A stretch of 64,000 bases of DNA, taken from contig CAVYJM010000006.1 of the NCBI GenBank assembly GCA_963768855.1, positions 704,001-768,000 of the forward strand. The letters run 5' to 3'. Both the position numbers and the translations under genes were made by a program. This DNA comes from an uncultured Thermoplasmata archaeon (GTDB taxonomy: Archaea; Thermoplasmatota; Thermoplasmata; RBG-16-68-12). A model generated the notes under the pieces. That model had not been told where the DNA came from and did not search any database. It was given only the letters and a program-made list of their open reading frames with translations. How positions within the stretch are numbered: position 1 is the first letter of the stretch; each line of letters begins with the position of its first letter. Shown one piece after another: positions 47,661 through 55,838 of the stretch.

Positions 47661-47873
47661 GGCTCCGTCCGGCATCCGCTGCACTCGAGCGTCGACGGGC
47701 TCACCATGGGCATTGCGTTCCTGGCAAACCGCCCATGGGCCTTCCCAGGAGCGCTCGCCCTGGGGTCGTGGTTCGCGGTGGTGCTTGCGCCGTCCGAGGA
47801 ACGCGAGCTCCGCGCCCTGTTCGGCCCGGCCGAGGAGTCCTACATGGAGACGACGCGGCGGTTCCTGCCCTTT
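47661..47873 (+). pseudogene. C-terminal relic of an ICMT/PEMT-family membrane methyltransferase
   Basis: VRHPLH..EERELRALFG..YMETTRRFLP matches the family's RHP.Y and EE..L...FG..Y..Y..RF.P motifs; the N-terminal half is absent. Confidence 0.55.
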
Positions 47874-47898
47874 CGCCGGCGTCGACTGCGGCGCCGCG

Positions 47899-48177
47899 CT
47901 ACCCGTACATCGTCCCGTGCTTCTCGGGAGGCGGGGCCTCTCCGGCTACCTGCTCGAGCACGTCGACGGTGAGGATGACGTGGAGGGGGATGATGCGGAG
48001 CTTTCCTTTCAGCTCCTGGTGGCTCTCGTCCAGCTCGATGACGAGCGCGTCGTCCGGGCCGATGGCCGCGTAGCCCCGGAAGATTCCCTTCGTGACCTTC
48101 GTGTGGTCGCGCGTCTCCATCGACTCGACCCGGTAGCGGGAGCCCTTCGTCAGCGCCACGATGCCCGGTTCCGGCAC
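47899..48177 (-). CDS. Small conserved-looking hypothetical protein, beta-rich (possibly Sm/SH3-like fold)
   Basis: 4 nt after the upstream wHTH gene; host-like codon usage; TKGIFRGYAAIG..LRIIPLHVILTVDVL. Confidence 0.7.
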   Translation of the reverse strand: MPEPGIVALTKGSRYRVESMETRDHTKVTKGIFRGYAAIGPDDALVIELDESHQELKGKLRIIPLHVILTVDVLEQVAGEAPPPEKHGTMYG

Positions 48178-48181
48178 AGGG

Positions 48182-48637
48182 TCACCTCCGCTGCTCTCCG
48201 AGCTTCTGGATGTGGTCCACGGTCTTGCGGTAGTTCTCCATCGCGATCTCCACGTTCGATTCGACGAAGTTCCAGGCCTTGGAGAGGTTCCCGTAGCGGA
48301 TGCGGTATCCCTTGCGGACCGAGCCGCGCTCGTTCACGTTGACCTCGTCGAGGAGGTCCATGTCCTTGAGCTTGTTGATGTGTCGGTAGATGGTGGCCTT
48401 CGTGGTCTTGAGCTTCGCCGCGAGCTGTTCGACCGTCCACCCCTTGTCCATGCGGCCCAGGAGGCACTCGACGAAGAGTCGGTACGGGACGGAGTCCCGG
48501 ACGGAGCTCGCGTCCGTCTTCGGGTCGTACCCCTTCGGGATGTAGCCGATCTGCGTGAGGAACAGGAGGGCGACGTCGTCCAGGTCCTTGAGCGGAGTGA
48601 GGGGCGTGTTGCTGACGACGGTGATCTCGAATGGCAA
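48182..48637 (-). CDS. Winged-HTH transcriptional regulator
   Basis: WTVEQLAAKLKTTKATIYRHINKLKDMDLL followed by a beta wing. Confidence 0.85.
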   Translation of the reverse strand: MPFEITVVSNTPLTPLKDLDDVALLFLTQIGYIPKGYDPKTDASSVRDSVPYRLFVECLLGRMDKGWTVEQLAAKLKTTKATIYRHINKLKDMDLLDEVNVNERGSVRKGYRIRYGNLSKAWNFVESNVEIAMENYRKTVDHIQKLGEQRR

Positions 48638-49048
48638 ACCAGGACCCCCGGTCGACGGGTATCGATTCTACCTAGTTAAGCGTTGTGATTGAAAAGTGGC
48701 GGTGTGGCCATGGAAAAGACGCGCTTTGACGTGGATAAATTCACGTTGCAGTATCGGCCCGATTTCCGCAAGGGCCTGGTCTTGCGGCGAGGCGGGCCCC
48801 GTCTACGGCCATGCATGCCCACGAATTGGGGCCGCTGGGGGCCGTCGGCATTGGCGTGGGTGTAGAAAACGGTGTCGATTCGGCCCGCTCGTTCGTCAAT
48901 CGCTCCGGAGCCTCCCTCCGTGGCGGAATTCTCGCGTCCGGTGCACTTTCACCGACCCGCCGGCGAAGGGTTTTTCCGTGGAATGCGTCTGCGGGACCGG
49001 GGAGCGATGGATTCCCGCATCCGTTCCGAGGAGCTGGCGCATTCCGGC

Positions 49049-49324
49049 GTGATGGTGCACATCCCGCCGGCCCTGCGGTCCTTCACAGAGGGCCAAGATG
49101 AGGTGCTCTTGGAGGCCGGCGATGCCGCCTCCCTCCTCCGGGCTCTGGATGCCGCCTTCCCCGGCATCCGGGAACGGATTCTCGACGAGATGGGTCGACC
49201 GCGGCCGTACGTGAACGTGTTCGTGAACGACGAGCTCGTGCGCGGCCCGCTCGAGCAGGTCGCCCTCTCTCGAGGAGACGCGGTACACATCCTTCCGAGT
49301 GTCGCAGGTGGTTCTCTTGCCTAG
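49049..49324 (+). CDS. MoaD/ThiS/SAMP ubiquitin-like protein ending GG-SLA
   Basis: VHIPPALRSFT, PYVNVFVNDE, GDAVHILPSVAGG then SLA-stop. Confidence 0.85.
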   Translation: MMVHIPPALRSFTEGQDEVLLEAGDAASLLRALDAAFPGIRERILDEMGRPRPYVNVFVNDELVRGPLEQVALSRGDAVHILPSVAGGSLA

Positions 49325-50417
49325 AGTGAAGAAGGACGGTACGGTCGTGCTCGTGGGTACGAAGAAGGGCGGTTTCGTCTTCCACTCTCCGGATCGACGG
49401 CGCTGGTCCGTCCTCGGGCCGTACCTCCCGGGGATGCCTGTGTACCACATGATCCTGGATCCGCGGGACGGGCGCACCGTCTATGCCGCGTCCCTGAATC
49501 CCGGGGAGGTATGGGGGCCCGGCCTCTATCGAGGGCTGCTTGGAAGCGTGCCCGCCCTTACGAAGTCCGCGCCGAAGTTCCGGGAGGGGAGCGGCCTCGC
49601 GGTCAAGGCTCTGTGGCACATCGAGCCCGGCCCCGAGGATGCTCCCGGCTCCCTCCTAGCCGGCGTGGAGCCCGCAGCCCTCTTCCGGTCCGATGATCGC
49701 GGAGACAGCTGGTCGGGGTACGACGCCCTGAACCGCTACCCCGGGCGCGAGAACTGGTCGCCGGGGTTCGGCGGGCTCTGCGCCCACTCCGTCCTCCTGG
49801 ACCCGCGGGATTCGCGACATCTGGTCGTCGGGATCAGCGCGGTCGGAACGTTCGAGTCCAAGGATGGTGGCGCCTCGTGGAAACCGGAGAACGGCAACGT
49901 GCGCGCCGGATTCCTCCCCAACCCGTATCCGGAGACCGGGCAGTGCGTCCACCACCTCGTCTGGGACTCCGCGCGAGATGGCTCGATCTTCCACCAGAAC
50001 CACTGCGGCACCTATCACCGCGGGCCCGAAGGCGGCCCGTGGACCGAGGTCACGAAAGGTCTCCCCTCTGACTTTGGTTTCGCGATCGCGGCCCACCCCC
50101 ACGAGAAGCACACCGCGTACGTGGCGCCGCTGATCGGCGGCGAGAACCGGGTCCCGCCGAAGTCTCAACTCGCCGTCTGGAAGACCTCGAACCGGGGCCG
50201 CAGCTGGAAGCGGCTGAACAAGGGCCTCCCCGGCCCCGGGGCCTACATGGGCGTCTTGCGGGAAGCGATGTCGGCAGACGGCGGGGATCCGGCGGGCCTC
50301 TACCTGGGCACGAACACGGGGCAGTTGTACGCGAGCCGGGACGAAGGGGCCTCCTGGAAGCCGATCGCCACGACGTTACCCCCGATCCTCTCCGTCTCCG
50401 CCGGGCTGGCCCGCTAG
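49317..50417 (+). CDS. Cytoplasmic BNR/WD40-YVTN beta-propeller ('exo-alpha-sialidase'-like) protein
   Basis: TTG start with AGGTG upstream; VGTKKG, RSDDRGDSW, ESKDGGASW, KTSNRGRSW, ASRDEGASW; FHQNHCG, LPSDFGF. Confidence 0.88.
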   Translation: MPRVKKDGTVVLVGTKKGGFVFHSPDRRRWSVLGPYLPGMPVYHMILDPRDGRTVYAASLNPGEVWGPGLYRGLLGSVPALTKSAPKFREGSGLAVKALWHIEPGPEDAPGSLLAGVEPAALFRSDDRGDSWSGYDALNRYPGRENWSPGFGGLCAHSVLLDPRDSRHLVVGISAVGTFESKDGGASWKPENGNVRAGFLPNPYPETGQCVHHLVWDSARDGSIFHQNHCGTYHRGPEGGPWTEVTKGLPSDFGFAIAAHPHEKHTAYVAPLIGGENRVPPKSQLAVWKTSNRGRSWKRLNKGLPGPGAYMGVLREAMSADGGDPAGLYLGTNTGQLYASRDEGASWKPIATTLPPILSVSAGLAR

Positions 50418-50443
50418 GTAGTGGTTGCCAGAAAGGGGAAGGG

Positions 50444-50464
50444 GCGGCGCCGCTCGGGCGCCGC
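50444..50464. terminator. GC hairpin between convergent genes
   Basis: GCGGCGCC-GCTCG-GGCGCCGC. Confidence 0.4.
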
Positions 50465-50489
50465 GGGTTGTGCCTTGTCTTCGCCTCGC

Positions 50490-50789
50490 TCAGAGCAGGA
50501 TGATGACGACCACGACTGCGCCGATCAGCGCGGCGATCCTCAGGCCGGTCCCGTTCGACTCGCCCATGCCGGCGAACGCGCCCAGGAACAGGGCTACCGC
50601 CACGAAGAACGCGCCGAATCCGCCGAGCGCGGCGGCCACGAACGAGACGGCCGCCGTCGCCGTGAAGTAGGCGGCGAAGGAGCGCAGGATGACGCCGGCC
50701 AGCAGGGAAAAGAGGCCGAAGACCAGGAAGGTCAGGTTCTGCGGCGGCGACTTGCCGATTTCCCAGAGCTTCTCACCCATCGTTGGCAT
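50490..50789 (-). CDS. Small membrane protein (about 3 TM)
   Basis: GAGGTGG upstream; hydrophobic throughout. Confidence 0.75.
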   Translation of the reverse strand: MPTMGEKLWEIGKSPPQNLTFLVFGLFSLLAGVILRSFAAYFTATAAVSFVAAALGGFGAFFVAVALFLGAFAGMGESNGTGLRIAALIGAVVVVIILL

Positions 50790-50798
50790 GGAGCCACC

Positions 50799-51185
50799 TC
50801 ACAGGAAGAAGGTGGCCGGGCTCGCCAGGATCAGGAGAACAGCGACGAAGGCCAGGATCATCAGGAACAGGCGCACGAACACATCGAGATCTTCCAGTAC
50901 GGCGACTGCAAACAGGAGGCCGCTGACCAGGAAGAACAGGCCGATGTCCATCAGCGTGGGTCCCCAAACGGCGACGAGGTTCGCGTTGTTTGCCGCTTGC
51001 TCCGGGGTCGGGGCCACGATTAGCGTGTGGCCGGCGTTGATTACGGCGCCCCCGATCATGAGGAGCAACAGGCCCAGAAACACGAGGCCGACGACGATCA
51101 ACCGATTCCGAGACACCATGGGCTGTATCATCATTGGGGGTGGAGGTCCCTGCATCATCATCCCATCCTTGGGCGCCTTAATCAT
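50799..51185 (-). CDS. Small membrane protein (about 3 TM) with Met/Pro-rich N-terminus
   Basis: MMMQGPPPPMMIQPM then hydrophobic helices; start at 51185 or 51161; co-oriented with the 50490 gene. Confidence 0.72.
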   Translation of the reverse strand: MIKAPKDGMMMQGPPPPMMIQPMVSRNRLIVVGLVFLGLLLLMIGGAVINAGHTLIVAPTPEQAANNANLVAVWGPTLMDIGLFFLVSGLLFAVAVLEDLDVFVRLFLMILAFVAVLLILASPATFFL

Positions 51186-51193
51186 GTCTGCAT

Positions 51194-51237
51194 TAATATA
51201 AATTACGATGGATGGCGGATTCTCGCTAATATAAATT
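51194..51237 (-). promoter_or_regulatory. Tandem duplicated TATA elements
   Basis: TAATATAAATT at 51194-51204 and 51227-51237 (minus strand CG[T/C]AATTTATATTA). Confidence 0.55.
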
Positions 51238-51594
51238 GCGGGAGCCAGCGGGAAGCAGACCCATGGTTCCCCCGGGAGTCGAGGCCTCCCCGCCCGGCGC
51301 TCGCTCGCCGCGGGCGCTGGACGTCGTCGGGCGGAGACTCCGCCCGCGGCGCACCCGGAACCCGGGTTGGACGAGCTATGCGCGGGCGAGCACCTACCGG
51401 GTGCACGCCTTGCGATTCGGAGTCGCGTATTCGTTGTGCTCCAGGCGCATCGGGATTCAGTCCTCCGGGAGCTCGAGCAGCTCGTCCTCGTCGCATTCAA
51501 TCTTGTGGAGCTTCGCTTTCATGGGGATCCGGTCGTCTGCGTTTCCGAGTGACCGCACAACGCTTTCGTCCCGATGCTCGCGACTGATTCCTCT

Positions 51595-52569
51595 CTAGAC
51601 GACGACCGGGCCATTTCCGAGGATGCGCAGGCTGCCCGGGCCGCGGAGGACCGTGAGGAAGGCGGTCTCTCCCGGTACGACGGGCATCGGGCGATCCGCG
51701 ACGGCCTTCAGGGCTCCGTCGATCTCGCGGAGGACGACCGGCCGGGGATACAGTCCGACCTGGAGATGGAAGCCTCTCGCGCCCGCCTCGAGAGGGTCCT
51801 TCGCGAACTCGACCCGATGGAAGGGCTTGACGGTCGCCTCGGCCTGGGAGACGACGGCGCCGTCCGCGGTCAGGAGGAAACCCCGCTCGATCTCGTCTGC
51901 CTCGACGCCCTTCAGCGCGACGCCGACCCGGCTCCCCGTCGGCGCCTCCGTCTGGTCCTCGTCGAACCGCTGGATCGAACGGACCAAGACGCTCTTGTCC
52001 AGAGGAACGAGCCGTAGCTCGTCGTGCACGCGCAGCGTGCCTCGTCGCACGAAGCCGAGCGCCACGGTCCCGACCCCGCGGACCGCGAACGCGTGGTCCA
52101 GGACGACCGTGCACAGCGAGGACGGCTCGCGCGGAACGGTCATCCCGGGGATGAACTCTCGGAAGCGCCTCAGGGAATCCTCTCCGGACCACTCCATCGC
52201 GACCCAGCCGCGGAGGCGGTCCTTCACCATCGCCCGAGCACGGTCCGCGGTCTCCGGGTTGCGCAGGATCAGGAGTCCTCGCTTCCCTGCGGCGGCGAGA
52301 CCGATTGCGGTTTCCCCGAACGCCGCGTCCAAGGAGTCGACCGGGAGGACCGCCGCGTCACAGAGCGACGCCACCTGGAGCATCGGTACCACGCGCTCAG
52401 GATAGGTCGCGGGCGCGATCGCGGTGATCGCGAGATCGCCCTCCTTCTTGTTCCAGAACAGCAGGTCGCTCTCCGTGCCCTTCTTCCCGATCGTGGAGCC
52501 CAGCTGCTTCAGGAAGTCGAGGTCCGTGCCGAAGAGTCCCAGGGTGAGCGAGTTCGCGGGGGGCGCCAC
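51595..52569 (-). CDS. Archaeal SelB-like protein (aSelBL-type) with degenerate GTPase domain
   Basis: GKKGTESDLLFWN..PATYPE, VVLDHAFAVRGVGTVALGFV, VRSIQRFD, GSRVGVALKG, IERGFLL; no GxxxxGK. Confidence 0.78.
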   Translation of the reverse strand: MAPPANSLTLGLFGTDLDFLKQLGSTIGKKGTESDLLFWNKKEGDLAITAIAPATYPERVVPMLQVASLCDAAVLPVDSLDAAFGETAIGLAAAGKRGLLILRNPETADRARAMVKDRLRGWVAMEWSGEDSLRRFREFIPGMTVPREPSSLCTVVLDHAFAVRGVGTVALGFVRRGTLRVHDELRLVPLDKSVLVRSIQRFDEDQTEAPTGSRVGVALKGVEADEIERGFLLTADGAVVSQAEATVKPFHRVEFAKDPLEAGARGFHLQVGLYPRPVVLREIDGALKAVADRPMPVVPGETAFLTVLRGPGSLRILGNGPVVV

Positions 52570-52746
52570 GATGCACGCATCCAATGACAGGATTTGGGAC
52601 TTTCGCTTTGGCGCGGCGCCCCCTCCATGGGCCTAAGGAGGGCTTCAAAATGACCATAACATAGCTATCTCGACGTCGTCGTCGGACGCTTCTAAGGGAG
52701 GGAAACGCTTTTGACACCCTAGTGCATGGAGGGGATGAGGTCAAAC

Positions 52747-52935
52747 ATGCCGTACACGTACCAGGGATGGACGCTGTACTCGCGAGAGGTGAAGCTGAAG
52801 AAGGGACCGAAAGTCACGATCTACTTCTTCAGCAAGAGGAAGCCGAAATCGGGCAAGCCCATGGACGAGATGCCCAAGAACCGGAAGGTCGGCGTGAACA
52901 AGCGCACGGGCCTGCCGTTCCTCCGGAAGGCCTGA
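52747..52935 (+). CDS. Small highly basic protein (62 aa)
   Basis: GGGATGAGG upstream; MPYTYQGWTLYSREVKLKKGPKVTIYFFSKRKPKSG...VGVNKRTGLPFLRKA. Confidence 0.8.
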   Translation: MPYTYQGWTLYSREVKLKKGPKVTIYFFSKRKPKSGKPMDEMPKNRKVGVNKRTGLPFLRKA

Positions 52936-52958
52936 CCACCAATCTCTCGACGAGATCA

Positions 52959-52999
52959 GCCGAGGCGCACGGGGAGGCCCTCGGCACCTTTACTTTCTT
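52959..52999 (+). terminator. Hairpin plus T-rich tract
   Basis: GCCGAGG...CCTCGGC followed by ACCTTTACTTTCTT, directly after the small basic gene. Confidence 0.55.
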
Positions 53000-53172
53000 C
53001 CGGGACTCGGCGGGTCATCGTGCAGCCTGCTTGTCCGCATTTGCCGTGTGCGGCCTCCCGGTGCCCACTCGTCAATCGCCCTCCAGGCCACGCCGTTCGG
53101 ATTTGATAACGGGAGGCACGACCTTTTTAATGCTCAACCCGCGTCCGCGGTCTCGTGGCCATTCCCCCACCC

Positions 53173-53616
53173 ATGGGAGGCCCCACGTCACCGGCTCGAG
53201 CGAAGCTGGTGGCCGAGGAGCTCCTGCTGTACGACCGGGACGGGCAATCCCTCCTGGATGACCACGCCCTCCGCATCCTGATCGCGCTGCACCAGGAGAC
53301 GCTCACCGCCCAGGAAATCTCCCAGCGCTACAAGATCCCGATCGCGCCGTGCTACCGGCGCATCCGGCGGCTCGTCTCCCTCGGGCTCATCTCCGAAGCG
53401 GGATACGTCACGGAGGGCCGCCGCCGGCCCGCCCACCTCTACAAGTCCGAAGTCGACCGGTTCACGATCGCGTACGGCAGCGGGGAGATGACCCTCCACC
53501 TGATTCTGCGGAGCGGGACGGCCGCAACGGCCGTCGTCCATCTTCGGGACGACACGGTGTCTATGCGAACAGAGGCTCCAGTCCCGGGCGGTATCGGGGA
53601 AGGTCCGACCGCATGA
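53173..53616 (+). CDS. ArsR/Lrp-like winged-HTH regulator
   Basis: ILIALHQETLTAQEISQRYKIPIAPCYRRIRRLVSLGLI. Confidence 0.82.
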   Translation: MGGPTSPARAKLVAEELLLYDRDGQSLLDDHALRILIALHQETLTAQEISQRYKIPIAPCYRRIRRLVSLGLISEAGYVTEGRRRPAHLYKSEVDRFTIAYGSGEMTLHLILRSGTAATAVVHLRDDTVSMRTEAPVPGGIGEGPTA

Positions 53617-54619
53617 CATCGGGGTTCGCCCTCCTCGCGACGGCCACATAGTACGCGACGAACTGCAGCGGGACCACGGACACGATCGGCCGGAGCGGCT
53701 GGGGCATCGTCGGGGTGCGGACGTCCGCGTCGGCGGCTTCCCCCACCGTCGCGATCGTGGCCCCCGTGCGTGCGAAACCTCGGAGGAGCACGGCCTCGCG
53801 CTCATCGTCGTCGTTCGACCGGAGGGCCACAACGGCCTCGCGGCGATCGAGGGAAAGGAACGGGCCATGCAGGAATTGCTCGACGTGGTAGCCGTTCGCG
53901 GGCATGCTGCAGGTCTCGCGGATCTTCAGGGCGGCCTCCAGTGCGGTGATCTCGTCCAGCCCGCTCCCGAGGAAGGTCACCCGGCCGAGGGTTGCAAGAC
54001 TCTTCGAAAGGCGGCGGATGGCGGCCTCGCATTCGAGCGTCTCTTGCAGGACTTGAGGGATGCGGTCCACCCCGCCCGGGAAGAGGTCCTCGGGCTCCGG
54101 GGCCGCAGCCTCGGCGAGCTTCGCGAACGCCGCCAGCTGGGTCGTGTAGCTCATCGTGTTCGCCCACGAGTGGTCGTGCACGGAACCCGTGATCAGCATC
54201 GTCTCCGCCACTTCCGCCATGCGGCTGGCCGGGAGGCCGCACAGGCCCCGCGTCGCCACGCCGGAGCGGCGTGCGAGGCCGAGGGCCTCGTTCGTCGTCG
54301 AGGTCGTCCCGCTGTGGCTCACGCCCAGGACGACGCAGTCCGACGGCAGGACGAAGCCGTGGAGGAGGTCGTATGCATGCACCGCGCGGACGATCGTCGC
54401 GTCCCCGAGCGCTTCCTGGAGCAAGCGGGATCCGATTATCGCGGCGTGGAATGAGGTCCCGCAGCCCGTGACGATCAGGTTCCGCGAGGTCCCAAGGAAC
54501 GCACGGGCGTCGACCTCGCGGAGCCGCTCGAGCGTCTCGCGCACGAACGCGGGCTGGCCCCGGATCATGTCGTGCATGTGGAACGGGTGGCGCGAGCGCG
54601 GGTTCTCGAAATGGACCAT
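53561..54619 (-). CDS. Double-SIS sugar isomerase/deglycase (GlmS isomerase-domain/FrlB-like), no glutaminase domain
   Basis: MHDMIRGQP, TGCGTSFHA, GVSHSGTT, ALEAALKIRET, EQFLHGP, NPD. Confidence 0.85.
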   Translation of the reverse strand: MVHFENPRSRHPFHMHDMIRGQPAFVRETLERLREVDARAFLGTSRNLIVTGCGTSFHAAIIGSRLLQEALGDATIVRAVHAYDLLHGFVLPSDCVVLGVSHSGTTSTTNEALGLARRSGVATRGLCGLPASRMAEVAETMLITGSVHDHSWANTMSYTTQLAAFAKLAEAAAPEPEDLFPGGVDRIPQVLQETLECEAAIRRLSKSLATLGRVTFLGSGLDEITALEAALKIRETCSMPANGYHVEQFLHGPFLSLDRREAVVALRSNDDDEREAVLLRGFARTGATIATVGEAADADVRTPTMPQPLRPIVSVVPLQFVAYYVAVARRANPDVMRSDLPRYRPGLEPLFA

Positions 54620-54663
54620 GCGCGCCCGATGCCGCGACGGGGCTTAAACGTCGCCGCGCCCGC

Positions 54664-55701
54664 TCAGACGTAGAGGAAGTGGTTCGGCACCCCGAACGTC
54701 TGGAGGAGGACGACCGCCAGGAGGGAAATCATGAAAAGCCCGCCGTAGTCGCGGTTCAAGATGAACGCGAACCCCACGAACCAGAGGGGCCACGAGTCCT
54801 TGGGGTAACCTTCCGGCGGCCCCGCCGGCTTCGACGCACGGAACACCTTGACCGCGAGGCGCGCGCGGGGAAGGCTCAGGAACACGAGGAGGACGAGCCA
54901 GGGGAGCCAGCCGACGAGGACGAACGGAACCACCAGGACGTACATGAGCGCGAAGATCGCGATCGAGGCGGTCCGCGCCCTCCGCTCCCCGAGGAGGACG
55001 GGCAGCGTGTGGATCCCCTTCTTCGTGTCGTCCTCGATCTTGTCGATGTGCTTCCCGAAGAGGACGCCCGTGGTCCCCAGCGCGTAGGGGATGGAGGCCA
55101 GGATGACCCAGAGCGGGAGCGTGCCCGTGATGCAGAAGTACGAGCCCCCGACCATCAGCGGACCCCAGGTCAGGAACACGGCCGGCTCGCCGAGTCCGAG
55201 ATACTTCAGCGGAAACGGCTTCCCCGCGTAGCTCATCATGACGAAGCCGCCCAGGAGAGCGAAGACGATGACGAGGGGTCCCTGGACCCAGGCGAGGTAC
55301 AGGCCGATCGCGACGGGGACGACCGTCGTGCCGATCGCCCAGGTCAGGAGCTGCCTCTCCGTGAAGAGGCCGGCCACGAGCGGATGAGGCCCGTACTGCG
55401 CGCGGAAGTAGTTGTCCGTGTCCACTCCCTGCTTGAAGTCCCAGTAGTCGTTGAAGAGGTTGCTCGCGCCGTGCGCGACGACGAGCCCGACGGCCACGAG
55501 GATGTAGAGCCCCGCGTTGAACCGGCCTTCCAGGGCCGCGAACAGCCCGCCGAGCGAGGCGGAGAGGAACGTCATCACGAGGACCGCGCCACGCGTCGCG
55601 ATGAGCCAGCGCGCGAAGGGATCGAGCCGGTTGAACTCGTCCTTCTCGATGCGCGGGATCACCCGAAGCGCCGCGACCCACATCCTCGGATTCACCGTCA
55701 T
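54664..55701 (-). CDS. UbiA-family prenyltransferase, MenA-like (paralog 1)
   Basis: NLFNDYWDFKQGVD, YLGLGE..VFLTWGPLMVGG, HIDKIEDDTKKGIHTLPV. Confidence 0.88.
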   Translation of the reverse strand: MTVNPRMWVAALRVIPRIEKDEFNRLDPFARWLIATRGAVLVMTFLSASLGGLFAALEGRFNAGLYILVAVGLVVAHGASNLFNDYWDFKQGVDTDNYFRAQYGPHPLVAGLFTERQLLTWAIGTTVVPVAIGLYLAWVQGPLVIVFALLGGFVMMSYAGKPFPLKYLGLGEPAVFLTWGPLMVGGSYFCITGTLPLWVILASIPYALGTTGVLFGKHIDKIEDDTKKGIHTLPVLLGERRARTASIAIFALMYVLVVPFVLVGWLPWLVLLVFLSLPRARLAVKVFRASKPAGPPEGYPKDSWPLWFVGFAFILNRDYGGLFMISLLAVVLLQTFGVPNHFLYV

Positions 55702-55838
55702 GTCGGTCCCCCGTGTTCGCCATGGCGCCGTTCCACATGAGACTGTAAGGCCACCCTCGGGTATAGCCATCCGCGGTCCCATGTGCCGCGTTTCCGAGAG
55801 GGGAAGGCTTTTCCGCCCTGCTCCCTTCGTATCCTCCG

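Noticed and set aside
45251-47873. ICMT fragment as part of a prenylation pathway for the Rab-like GTPase
   Set aside because: The GTPase ends WIKAIA with no Cys/CAAX, and the ICMT-like piece is truncated.
48640-49045. Intergenic ORFs or structured RNA between the wHTH and MoaD-like genes
   Set aside because: No convincing coding signal or fold; consistent with divergent promoter space.
51457-51558. 33-aa acidic-tailed ORF on the minus strand (MRSLGNADDRIPMKAKLHKIECDEDELLELPED)
   Set aside because: Too short, with no clear RBS or recognisable motif; cannot be supported without conservation data.
51595-52569. Selenocysteine incorporation system
   Set aside because: The G domain is degenerate, and no selD, tRNA-Sec or in-frame UGA selenoprotein was seen.
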